Assembly: GCA_965218295.1 (NCBI GenBank)
Contig: CBDCKN010000002.1
Location: 30,890-94,889, forward strand
Length of the DNA: 64,000 bases
Reading direction: 5' to 3'
DNA from: Longimicrobiales bacterium
GTDB taxonomy: Bacteria; Gemmatimonadota; Gemmatimonadetes; Longimicrobiales; Gaopeijiaceae
Position numbers and translations under genes: made by a program. Below the pieces are notes generated by a model, which saw only the letters and a list, made by a program, of their open reading frames with translations, did no database searches and was not told the origin of the DNA. This document shows, piece after piece, positions 49,365 through 57,842 of this stretch; position 1 is the stretch's first letter; each line of letters opens with the position of its first letter.

Positions 49365-50957
49365 TCACCTCCATGGGGGAAGCTCCCGCTTGGGGGGAAG
49401 CTCCCGCTTGGACCACAGGCGCCGGCGGGTGGAGAGCGGCGTGCCGCCCGCCCGAACACCCCGCTCGAGAATCGCTCCAGCCTGGATGTCCCGCCGGAGC
49501 GTCGCGCCGGCTGGACCGACCCCCGTGGTATCCGACTTGATGGTGTCACGGGGAATCGTATCGGGTGGAACAGTATCCGGTCGAATCGTATCGGGTGGAA
49601 TCGTATCCGGTCGAATCGTATCCGGTGGTATCGTGTCGAGGGCGGCCGCAGCGGAGTCGGCAGCCAGGATGGAGTCCGCGATCGCCACCGAGTCCACGGG
49701 AGGTGCAGCGCGAAGAATCTCGGCGGTTCCACCCCCGCCGGCGACTCCGTTGATGTTGGTGACCCCGGATACGGATAGCTCGTATGTCTCCTCGGTGATC
49801 AGCGTGTCGCTCAGGAGGAGGTAGATCGTCCGCTTGGGAAGGTCCCTCGTCTCGTCTTCTCGTCGGTCGATCGGCGGAGCGGGTCGCGGCCCAGGCCGGG
49901 CCTCGTCGACCTCGGTGGCAGCTACGGAGTCACCGGCCGCGCGGAGGGAGTCGGCCACTCGGACAGACTCGAGGATCCGAAGGGAGTCCAGCACCCGCAG
50001 GGAGTCTTCAAGCCCCTTGGCACGGATCAGGTACTCCCGCTCCTGCATGATCTCCCGAACTCCGATCCCGGCGGGGAGCGAATCCAGCTGGAGAGTGGCC
50101 AAGACACCGGTGAGGGGTGTGTCGGGGTCGAGGTAGTCGTCGAACTCCACAGTCACCGTCACCGAATCGACCACCTCCGCGTCGCTGACGATGGCGGCCG
50201 TGGTGTCCGGGCGCAGGAGGGTGATATCGGTGAAGACTGTGTCCGCTCCACTTATGGCCTGAAACGCGCCTCCCACCGGCTCGAAGAAATCGGCCTCCCT
50301 GTTTCTGTTCACATCTTCGAAAGCCGTCAGGACGTAACGGCCCAGTGGCGGTAGATACCGGAACGCGAATACGCCACTGCTGTCCGAGATGGCCACGTGC
50401 GTCGGCCCCCGGGCCTCTCCTATGCCACCGACGATAAGGGGTTGAAATCGCGCCGCGACACGGACTCCTTCCATCGGCTCGCCGGTGAGCCGATCGAATA
50501 CCATGCCGGCCAAGGCGTTGGGCACGATCTCGGCCCCCGTAGAGAATATGAACTCGAAGGGCTGAGGCATGGCGTTCCGGAAGAGGTCCTGTACGGTGGA
50601 CAGCACCGTGACCCGGTACACGAGGTTGGTTAGGAACCCGCCCTCCATCCTGACTTCCAGGCCGTCTTTCTTGTGGCGAACCTCGATCTCTCCCGACTCG
50701 GGGGAGACCTGAACCGCTTGATCCAGGGAGCCGGACGCACCTCGCTCGCTGATCCGTTCGTTGAAGGTGATTCGGATCGGCCCGTCGAAGGCCTCGATCA
50801 GGGCGAACGTGTCCGGGACGGTACCGACGACCTGCGGACCCGACAGATCCGGGGGGCCTCCTGGCGGCCCCCGCGGGTTCGCGCACGATCCGACGGCGAG
50901 GAGAGCAAAGATCCCCACCGCGTAGTCGATCCGCAGCGCACTCCCCGATCCACTCAT
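49365..50957 (-). CDS. Ig-like (Big_5) domain lipoprotein
   Basis: Lipobox VGSC followed by ANPRGPPGGPPD; low-complexity PDTI repeats near the C-terminus. Confidence 0.8.
   Translation of the reverse strand: MSGSGSALRIDYAVGIFALLAVGSCANPRGPPGGPPDLSGPQVVGTVPDTFALIEAFDGPIRITFNERISERGASGSLDQAVQVSPESGEIEVRHKKDGLEVRMEGGFLTNLVYRVTVLSTVQDLFRNAMPQPFEFIFSTGAEIVPNALAGMVFDRLTGEPMEGVRVAARFQPLIVGGIGEARGPTHVAISDSSGVFAFRYLPPLGRYVLTAFEDVNRNREADFFEPVGGAFQAISGADTVFTDITLLRPDTTAAIVSDAEVVDSVTVTVEFDDYLDPDTPLTGVLATLQLDSLPAGIGVREIMQEREYLIRAKGLEDSLRVLDSLRILESVRVADSLRAAGDSVAATEVDEARPGPRPAPPIDRREDETRDLPKRTIYLLLSDTLITEETYELSVSGVTNINGVAGGGGTAEILRAAPPVDSVAIADSILAADSAAAALDTIPPDTIRPDTIPPDTIRPDTVPPDTIPRDTIKSDTTGVGPAGATLRRDIQAGAILERGVRAGGTPLSTRRRLWSKRELPPKRELPPWR
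49539..49637 (-). repeat. 15-bp coding tandem repeat (PDTI[P/R], about 6 units)
   Basis: GAATCGTATC(G/C)GGT units seen directly. Confidence 0.85.
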
Positions 50958-50979
50958 GGTCCGGATGCCCGGCTGTCGA

Positions 50980-53736
50980 TCAGCCTTCAGCGAGTGTTGC
51001 GAGCTTGCTCGTGAGCTTGTCCAGCTGCTCCTCGAAGCTCCGTGCTTTTTCCCGCTCACGCTCCACCACTTCCGCCGGCGCCTGTTGCACGAAGCGCTCG
51101 TTCGCAAGCCTCTTCCGCGCCTTATCCATCTGTCCACTCAAGCGCTGGATCTCTCCCTGAAGCCGCTCACGCTCGCGGGCGATGTCGATGACCCCCTCGA
51201 GTGGAAGGTACAACTCGACCCCGTTCTTCAGAACGGCGTGGGCACCCACACCGTCCGCCGAGCTGTCCACCTCGCAAACATCCACTCGAGCGAGTCGCCG
51301 CAGGGCTGTTCCCTGTTCCTCGACCATGGCGCGGAACCCGTCCTGGAGACCGGTCAACTTCACCGTGACGCCCGTACCCTCCGCTACTCCGTACTCCTTC
51401 CGGAGACTCCGCACCTGGGTGATGAGCTCCTGGAGCTCCGCCAGGCGTACCTCGGCCTCGGTATCGAGGCGCGATTCGTCCGCTTCGGGCCATGCCGCGA
51501 TCATGAGCGCCTCGGGACGTTCGGCCCCTTCGGGAAACGGGAGTCGATCCCAGAGCGCCGATGTCACGAACGGTGTGAGTGGGTGAAGAAGGCGACAGAT
51601 ACCGTCCAGGACCACGACGAGCGTCGCTCGCGCCGCGTGCAGGCTGTCATCACCCGACTCACCTTGCATACGAGGCTTGATGAGCTCCAGGTACCAGTCG
51701 GCGAAGTCGCCCCACACGAAGTGATAGAGGCGATCGGACACGTCGTGAAGCCGGAAGCGCTCCAGATCCTCGGTGACGTCGGTCACGGCCCGCTGTAGGC
51801 GAGACAAGATCCAACGATCCTCGAGCCGCAAGGCGTCCTCCACCGCTCCCATGGAAGGCACCGGCTCGTCCCCCAGGCTCATGAGGGCGAAGCGCCCCGC
51901 GTTCCAGACCTTGTTGGCGAAGTTTCGTCCAGGAGAGAACGATGCCTCCAGGTCCTCGGGGTCCAGGTAGATATCGGTGCCGACGCCGGCCGATGAGAGC
52001 AGCGTGAAGCGGAGCGCGTCCGCGCCGAAGAGCTCCACCACCTCGATGGGATCGATGCCGTTGCCCAGGGACTTCGACATCTTCCTGCCCTGCTTGTCCC
52101 GCACGGTCCCGTGCAGATACACCCGGGTGAAGGGTGCCTCTCCCATGAACTCGTATCCGGCCATGATCATGCGGGCTACCCAGAAGAAGAGGATCTCCGG
52201 GGCGGTCGTCATGTCGTGAGTGGGATAGAACGCCTTAAGGTCCTCGGTCTCCTCGGGCCAACCGAACACGGAGAAGGGCCATAGCCACGATGAGAACCAG
52301 GTATCCAGCACGTCCGGATCCTGGTTCAGGTCGGTGCCGCCACAGGAGGCGCATCGGTCTGGATCCTGCCGGGCCACGATGGTCGCCTCGCAGTCGCCGC
52401 AGTACCAGACCGGGATGCGGTGGCCCCACCAGAGCTGCCTGGAGATGCACCAGTCCCGGATGTTCTCCATCCAGTTCTCGTACACCTTCTTCCAGTGCCC
52501 GGGAGTGAAGATGATGGTGCCGTCTCGTGAGGCCTGGAGGGCGGGCTCGGCCAACGGCTTCATGCGCACGAACCACTGTTCGCTCAGGCGTGGCTCCACC
52601 ACAGTGTGGCAGCGATAGCAGTGTGGCACCGAGTGGGTGTACGGATCGTCGCCCCCGCCCAGCCCCAGCTCCTGGAAGGCCTCGAGAACCCGATTCCGGG
52701 CCTCGAAGCGATCCAGACCCTGAAACGCCTTTGGGGCGTTTTCGTTCATCCTGGCATCGGGCGTCATGACGTCGAGGAGCGGTACTCCCGAGCGCTGGGC
52801 CATCTCGAAGTCGTTGGGGTCGTGGGCCGGCGTGACCTTCACCATGCCCGAGCCGAACTCGGGATCCACCAGCTCGTCGGCGATGATCGGGATGGTGCGT
52901 CCAGTGAGCGGGAGCTCGACATCCTCCCCGACTAGCGCCGAATAGCGCGGATCCACGGGACTGACGGCAACGGCGGTATCACCCAGCATGGTCTCAGGAC
53001 GCGTCGTGGAGACCGTGAGGTACCAGCGCCCGTCCGGAAGCTGTCCGATGGCCTCCGCACCCGCCTCCCGGGCGGACTCGGCGGCGCCGGCGGCGCTCCC
53101 GGTGAAGGGATAACGGAGATGATAGAGCCTGCCCTCCACCTCTTCACCTTCGGCCTCTTCGTTGGAGAGGGCCGTCAGACACCGGGGACACCAGTTGATG
53201 ATGTACTCGCCCCGGTAGATCAGGTCCTTCTCGTAGAGGCGTACGAATACCTCCCGGACCGCCTGGCTGAGCCCGTCGTCAAGGGTGAATCGTGTGCGCT
53301 CCCAGTCACAGCTGGAGCCGATGACCTTGAGCTGCTCGAGAATCGTTCCCCCGGTCCGGTTCACGTAGCTCCACACCTGCTCGGCGAAGGCCTCACGGCC
53401 CAGATCGTGCCTGGACGTGCCTTCGGCGGCGAGCCGCCGCTCCACCACGTTCTGTGTGGCGATACCCGCGTGGTCCGTTCCGGGAACCCAGAGTGAGACC
53501 CGCCCCTGCATCCGCCTCCAGCGGATGAGGACGTCCTGGATGGTGTTGTTGAGCCCATGCCCCATGTGAAGGACCGCCGTGACATTGGGGGGTGGAATCA
53601 CGATGACGAAGGGGGCCCGTCCCTCGGCCACGACGGCTTCGGACTCGGCGTGGAAGTACCCGCGCCCGCTCCACTGCTCGTAGAGCGGGCCCTCGATGGT
53701 CTTCGGATCTAGGCGAGGTGGCAATGCGTCGGCCAC
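50980..53736 (-). CDS. valS: valine--tRNA ligase
   Basis: Motifs PPPNVT, HMGH, WCISRQLWWGH, KMSKS; C-terminal coiled coil. Confidence 0.97.
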   Translation of the reverse strand: MADALPPRLDPKTIEGPLYEQWSGRGYFHAESEAVVAEGRAPFVIVIPPPNVTAVLHMGHGLNNTIQDVLIRWRRMQGRVSLWVPGTDHAGIATQNVVERRLAAEGTSRHDLGREAFAEQVWSYVNRTGGTILEQLKVIGSSCDWERTRFTLDDGLSQAVREVFVRLYEKDLIYRGEYIINWCPRCLTALSNEEAEGEEVEGRLYHLRYPFTGSAAGAAESAREAGAEAIGQLPDGRWYLTVSTTRPETMLGDTAVAVSPVDPRYSALVGEDVELPLTGRTIPIIADELVDPEFGSGMVKVTPAHDPNDFEMAQRSGVPLLDVMTPDARMNENAPKAFQGLDRFEARNRVLEAFQELGLGGGDDPYTHSVPHCYRCHTVVEPRLSEQWFVRMKPLAEPALQASRDGTIIFTPGHWKKVYENWMENIRDWCISRQLWWGHRIPVWYCGDCEATIVARQDPDRCASCGGTDLNQDPDVLDTWFSSWLWPFSVFGWPEETEDLKAFYPTHDMTTAPEILFFWVARMIMAGYEFMGEAPFTRVYLHGTVRDKQGRKMSKSLGNGIDPIEVVELFGADALRFTLLSSAGVGTDIYLDPEDLEASFSPGRNFANKVWNAGRFALMSLGDEPVPSMGAVEDALRLEDRWILSRLQRAVTDVTEDLERFRLHDVSDRLYHFVWGDFADWYLELIKPRMQGESGDDSLHAARATLVVVLDGICRLLHPLTPFVTSALWDRLPFPEGAERPEALMIAAWPEADESRLDTEAEVRLAELQELITQVRSLRKEYGVAEGTGVTVKLTGLQDGFRAMVEEQGTALRRLARVDVCEVDSSADGVGAHAVLKNGVELYLPLEGVIDIARERERLQGEIQRLSGQMDKARKRLANERFVQQAPAEVVEREREKARSFEEQLDKLTSKLATLAEG

Positions 53737-53883
53737 GGTCGCTCCTGTCAGGAAGTCTGGAACTAGCTTAGGGTTCGTCCCGGCCCAAGCCAAGACCGCG
53801 GGGGGCATCGGGGGCCGGACAATACGCCGGTGAGAGTCAGGGTGTTCCCGGAGTGTGCGAAGGGTGCGCTCGACCGCCGAGGA

Positions 53884-55209
53884 TCAGCTCGCGCTGGAGC
53901 GACCGACGGACTTGCGGCGGCGGCCCAGGGTGCGTTGCAGCCAACCCTTCAAGGTCTTCTCCGGGCTCCAGATCTCCTTGAAGACGTGACCCGGAAGCTG
54001 GACGAAATAGTCCACCACCCTGGGGCCGAACTGCGTGCCCGCCGACCTCGCGATCTCGTCGAAGGCGTCCCGGTGGGAGCGCGCAGCTCTGTACACTCTC
54101 CCCGACGTCATGGCGTCGTAGGTGTCACAGACGCCCAGGATCTGGGCGACCATGGGAATACGGTCGCCGGAGAGACCCTCCGGATATCCCCGGCCGTCCC
54201 ATCGCTCGTGATGGTATCGACATCCCGGCGACAGGTGTTTGAGGCCGGGAATGCCTCCCAGGATCTCGGCACCGGCCGCCGCGTGGGCCTGAATGCTCAG
54301 ACGCTCTTCGTCGTCGAGTGGACCGTCTTTCGTAAGGACCCGGAGAGGAACGCTAACCTTGCCGAGATCGTGAAGGTATCCGGCCTCCCACGTCGTCTCA
54401 CACATCTGGGGGTTCAGGCCCATGCGCTCCGCCAGGGCCGTGGCCAGGCTCGCCACCCGTCGCGAATGCCCCGCCGTATAGGGGTCCTTGGCGTCGATGA
54501 GGGTCGCTACGATGTCCAGGAACTCATGAGTCGACAGCAGCGAGACTTCCTCGGGAATCAGCTCGGACGCGGCATCGAGACAGGCCCGGTGGAATACGGA
54601 GTCGTGGAAATCAGGCAACCTGTTGCTACGCGCCAAGGCGAGGTACGCCTCGGCCACCTTGGGCCCGAACTCCTTCCGCGATCCCTCGCCGATCACAGTG
54701 ATGATCTCCGATGGAGACAAGGGGCCACGCTGAGGACGGGCGGCGCCGAGGGCCACAACCGTGTCGGCCAGGCGCAGGATCTGTGCTCCGACGGAAATCT
54801 CGTCACTCTTGAGGCCGTCGGGATATCCGGTACCGTCCCACCACTCGTGATGATGCCGCACTAGTGGCGCCAGCGAGCCGAGGTGCGCGATCTGCTTGAT
54901 GGTGCGCTCGCTACGCTCCGGATGCTCCAATACCCAGGTTCGGGCGTCGGGGGGCAGAACTAGAACGGGATTCTCCCAGGCTTCCTCCACGAGGCCGATC
55001 ATGCCCACATCCGAAAGGATAGCCGCGAACAGGATCTCCGACCGCTCGCGGACCCGTACTCCCAGTTGATCGGCAAGGCGTGTGGAGAGCATTGCGACCT
55101 GAGGCCCATGGCCGAATAGGTAGCCCTTGGCCATCCCCATGACCTGGACGAGGGTCTCCAAAAGACCCACGTAGATGCCACGACCCGGATCTGAGCGCAG
55201 TTTGTGCAC
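53884..55209 (-). CDS. tandem HD-GYP domain phosphodiesterase
   Basis: Two HHExWDGxGYP motifs; domain 1 has SD in place of HD, domain 2 has HDLGK. Confidence 0.9.
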   Translation of the reverse strand: MHKLRSDPGRGIYVGLLETLVQVMGMAKGYLFGHGPQVAMLSTRLADQLGVRVRERSEILFAAILSDVGMIGLVEEAWENPVLVLPPDARTWVLEHPERSERTIKQIAHLGSLAPLVRHHHEWWDGTGYPDGLKSDEISVGAQILRLADTVVALGAARPQRGPLSPSEIITVIGEGSRKEFGPKVAEAYLALARSNRLPDFHDSVFHRACLDAASELIPEEVSLLSTHEFLDIVATLIDAKDPYTAGHSRRVASLATALAERMGLNPQMCETTWEAGYLHDLGKVSVPLRVLTKDGPLDDEERLSIQAHAAAGAEILGGIPGLKHLSPGCRYHHERWDGRGYPEGLSGDRIPMVAQILGVCDTYDAMTSGRVYRAARSHRDAFDEIARSAGTQFGPRVVDYFVQLPGHVFKEIWSPEKTLKGWLQRTLGRRRKSVGRSSAS

Positions 55210-55292
55210 GACGGTCCGTCACTGGAGTGCAGCCCCAGGCCGAAGTCACGAAATGGAAGAGCCTAGGGGAACATTTGAATATTGCGGCTAAT

Positions 55293-55331
55293 CCTGGGGA
55301 GGAAAAGAGTTACCCTAGGGAGGAAAAGAGT
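55293..55331. promoter_or_regulatory. 18-bp direct repeat with 21-bp period upstream of the HD-GYP gene
   Basis: CCTGGGGAGGAAAAGAGT / CCTAGGGAGGAAAAGAGT; the regulatory role is inferred. Confidence 0.6.
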
Positions 55332-55352
55332 CATGTCATGTGGCGGAGGCAC

Positions 55353-56195
55353 CTAACGCGGAGGTCTGACTCCCGAGCTGCGGGTCGTATCGGGCCTCTG
55401 CTCGGCCTCACCGCGTTGCCTATCCTTCCGCTCGCGGATGGCTCTGGCCCGCTCCTCCCAGCTGGCCCGGGCAGCCTGGGAGCTCAAGCTGTTGAGGATG
55501 TCCGCATCCTCCCATGCCCGCCTTGCGGCCCGCTCGCGCTGCCACGTCGTGCCTCCGAACCCGAACGGCAGGGGTAGCGTCAGGCTTCCGAGATGGAGTT
55601 TTCCAGGAGACACACCCCAACGGTTGCCTTGGTCATCCGTCATCGTCCAGTCGGTCAAGGCCGTTTCGGCCGCGATGAGCGCGGCCACCGAGTCGTTCCA
55701 CGCTTCGAGGCGGCCGGCCAGCTCCAACTGAAGCCTCTCGGCCTCCGTGAGCTCGAAGATCTCGGGAAGAGCGGCACGCCAGAGCCGGGTATCGGAGCTC
55801 CGCACTCTCAGTGCATCCGCGGCCCGTACCACTCCCCTTGTGTCCTCCTCCTCGTCTGGGCCCTCTCGGACCGGACCGACGGCCGGCTCCGGTCCTTGCA
55901 CCTCCGGCTCGGGCTCCGGCTCTTCTCGAGGAGCTTCGGCAGGAGCCTCGGGCGACGAAATCTCCACCACCTGAACCACGCGCATGCCGGAAAACGGCCT
56001 GGAAACGGATTCCACGCCCACGCGGCTCTCCCTCGGACCCCACTCGTTGAGGCCGAAGGAGTACAGGATGATGAGGATGAGGTGGAGGGTAGCCGACAGG
56101 CCGAACCCGAGCGCCATCACACGGCGGTGAGAGGGGCGAGGGTTGTCGGCCGACCCACGTCCCGAATGGCGGTCGAACGGCTTCGGCGCTGTCAT
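55353..56195 (-). CDS. hypothetical membrane-anchored protein with a Pro/Glu-rich linker
   Basis: SATLHLILII TM segment (TonB-like SxxxH), EPEPEPE linker, WGVSPGKLHLG. Confidence 0.75.
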   Translation of the reverse strand: MTAPKPFDRHSGRGSADNPRPSHRRVMALGFGLSATLHLILIILYSFGLNEWGPRESRVGVESVSRPFSGMRVVQVVEISSPEAPAEAPREEPEPEPEVQGPEPAVGPVREGPDEEEDTRGVVRAADALRVRSSDTRLWRAALPEIFELTEAERLQLELAGRLEAWNDSVAALIAAETALTDWTMTDDQGNRWGVSPGKLHLGSLTLPLPFGFGGTTWQRERAARRAWEDADILNSLSSQAARASWEERARAIRERKDRQRGEAEQRPDTTRSSGVRPPR

Positions 56196-56261
56196 CGACT
56201 CTTGTACGCCCCCTTGGAATGGCGGTTCCTCCAGGAGCGCCTCGTCGCCAGGGGCCCTCCC

Positions 56262-57431
56262 TCAGCCCCGGATGAGCCTCCCCAATCTCCCCGCCGCCTC
56301 CCTGATGCGCTCTTCGTCGACAGTGAGCGCCACTCTGAAGAATCCCTCACCCCCCGCGCCGAGTGCCGCGCCGGGGAGGATCACAACGCCCTCCTCCTCC
56401 AGTGCGCGCTCCGCGAAAGCCAGTGAAGATCCGTCTCCGGGCACGGGGACCCACAGATACATGGTGGCTCTGGGCATCGTCACCGCGAAGCCGGCCTCCC
56501 GCAGGCTCTCTACCGCGACGTCCCGCCGACGCTCGAAACGAGCCACGTTGCCTGGTACCCACTCGTCATAGGACTCGAGGGCCGCGGCTCCAGCAGCCTG
56601 CACGGCCTTGAACACACCCGTGTCGACAAACGTCTTCACCTTCGACAGGGCCTCGATCAGCTCGGCTCCGCCGGCTGCCCATCCCAGCCGCCACCCCGTC
56701 ATGTTGTAGGTCTTCGAAAAGGAATGGAACTCCAGGGCCACTCCATCCGAATCCTCCAACTCCAAGACGCTCGGAGGGCGATACCCGTTAAAGGCGATCT
56801 CGCTGTAGGCGTGATCGTAGACCAACACGGCATCGTTCTCGCGGCAGAAGTCCACCGCGTCCCTGAGATATTCCCGTGGCGCCGAAGCGGCCGTCGGATT
56901 GTTCGGATAGTTCAGGTAGAGCATCCGAATTCGCGACCGCACTTCCCCTGGAAAGTCGTCCAGAGGAATCAGGAAGTCGTTCTCGGGACGGAGGGGCACG
57001 AGGTGCGGCTCTCCCCCAGCGAGGATCACTCCTCCCCGGTACGACTGGTAGCCCGGATCGGGGATTACCGCCACGTCCCCCGGGTCGAGGAAGGCCAGCG
57101 GCAGGTTGGCGATACCCTCCTTGGAGCCCAGAAGAGGCAGCACTTCCTGGTAGGGATCGAGACGAACACCGAAGCGCTTTTCCATCCACGCGGCCACCGA
57201 CTCGCGGAACGCGGGCAGACCCAACTGGAAGGGGTAGCGAGACATCTCGCGCTGCTCGGCCGCCTCGGTGAGTCGTGCGACCGCCGCCGGAGGCGGGTCG
57301 AGATCGGCGTCCCCGGCCCCCAGATCGATGACGTCGACTCCGGCAGCCGCCAAACGCCGACGCTTTTCGGGGATGCCTGCCAGGGGATAGCCCGGGAGGT
57401 TGAGGAACGACCGGCTCCGCTTAAGCGCCAC
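56262..57431 (-). CDS. class I/II PLP aminotransferase (LL-diaminopimelate aminotransferase-like)
   Basis: Motifs GSKEG, NYPNNPT, HSFSKTYNMTGWRLG; GGAGGAGG upstream of GTG. Confidence 0.9.
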   Translation of the reverse strand: MALKRSRSFLNLPGYPLAGIPEKRRRLAAAGVDVIDLGAGDADLDPPPAAVARLTEAAEQREMSRYPFQLGLPAFRESVAAWMEKRFGVRLDPYQEVLPLLGSKEGIANLPLAFLDPGDVAVIPDPGYQSYRGGVILAGGEPHLVPLRPENDFLIPLDDFPGEVRSRIRMLYLNYPNNPTAASAPREYLRDAVDFCRENDAVLVYDHAYSEIAFNGYRPPSVLELEDSDGVALEFHSFSKTYNMTGWRLGWAAGGAELIEALSKVKTFVDTGVFKAVQAAGAAALESYDEWVPGNVARFERRRDVAVESLREAGFAVTMPRATMYLWVPVPGDGSSLAFAERALEEEGVVILPGAALGAGGEGFFRVALTVDEERIREAAGRLGRLIRG

Positions 57432-57544
57432 CGTCCTCCTCCACCACCACGACATTTCCCAACTCCGCGGCGTGGGCGTGGTAGTTGCGCCCCATGCAGA
57501 CGATCCTGGATGGTCGTGACGGCGCGCCGGAAGCCCCGATGGCG

Positions 57545-57745
57545 TCAGCCCTCGGTCGGCTGAGTGTGGATCCAGGTCCCGATGATGGTCCCAACGCCTG
57601 CTATGGTGAGAAGCACCGTGATGACTGCCCACCAGAATCCGATATCCGAGTGACCGTCCGCCCAACCGGCGGCTGAATCCTGGAAGGTGAAGCCCGCCAT
57701 CACGAGGATTGTGACACCGGCGAGCATGCCGAAAACGCGAGTCAT
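57545..57745 (-). CDS. small two-TM hypothetical protein (66 aa)
   Basis: Two hydrophobic helices; GAGG upstream. Confidence 0.65.
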   Translation of the reverse strand: MTRVFGMLAGVTILVMAGFTFQDSAAGWADGHSDIGFWWAVITVLLTIAGVGTIIGTWIHTQPTEG

Positions 57746-57842
57746 TGAGTATCCGCCTCTGAGTTGGGTCCAGCCGGGAGTACCCGGGCGACCCGCAGAA
57801 TCTACCGCGGCCCGCACCGCCCACAAGGTGTATCGCTGCGGG

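Noticed and set aside
49375..49637. CRISPR-like array
   Set aside because: These are spacerless in-frame coding repeats (15 and 18 bp); no CRISPR array or cas gene was seen in the window.
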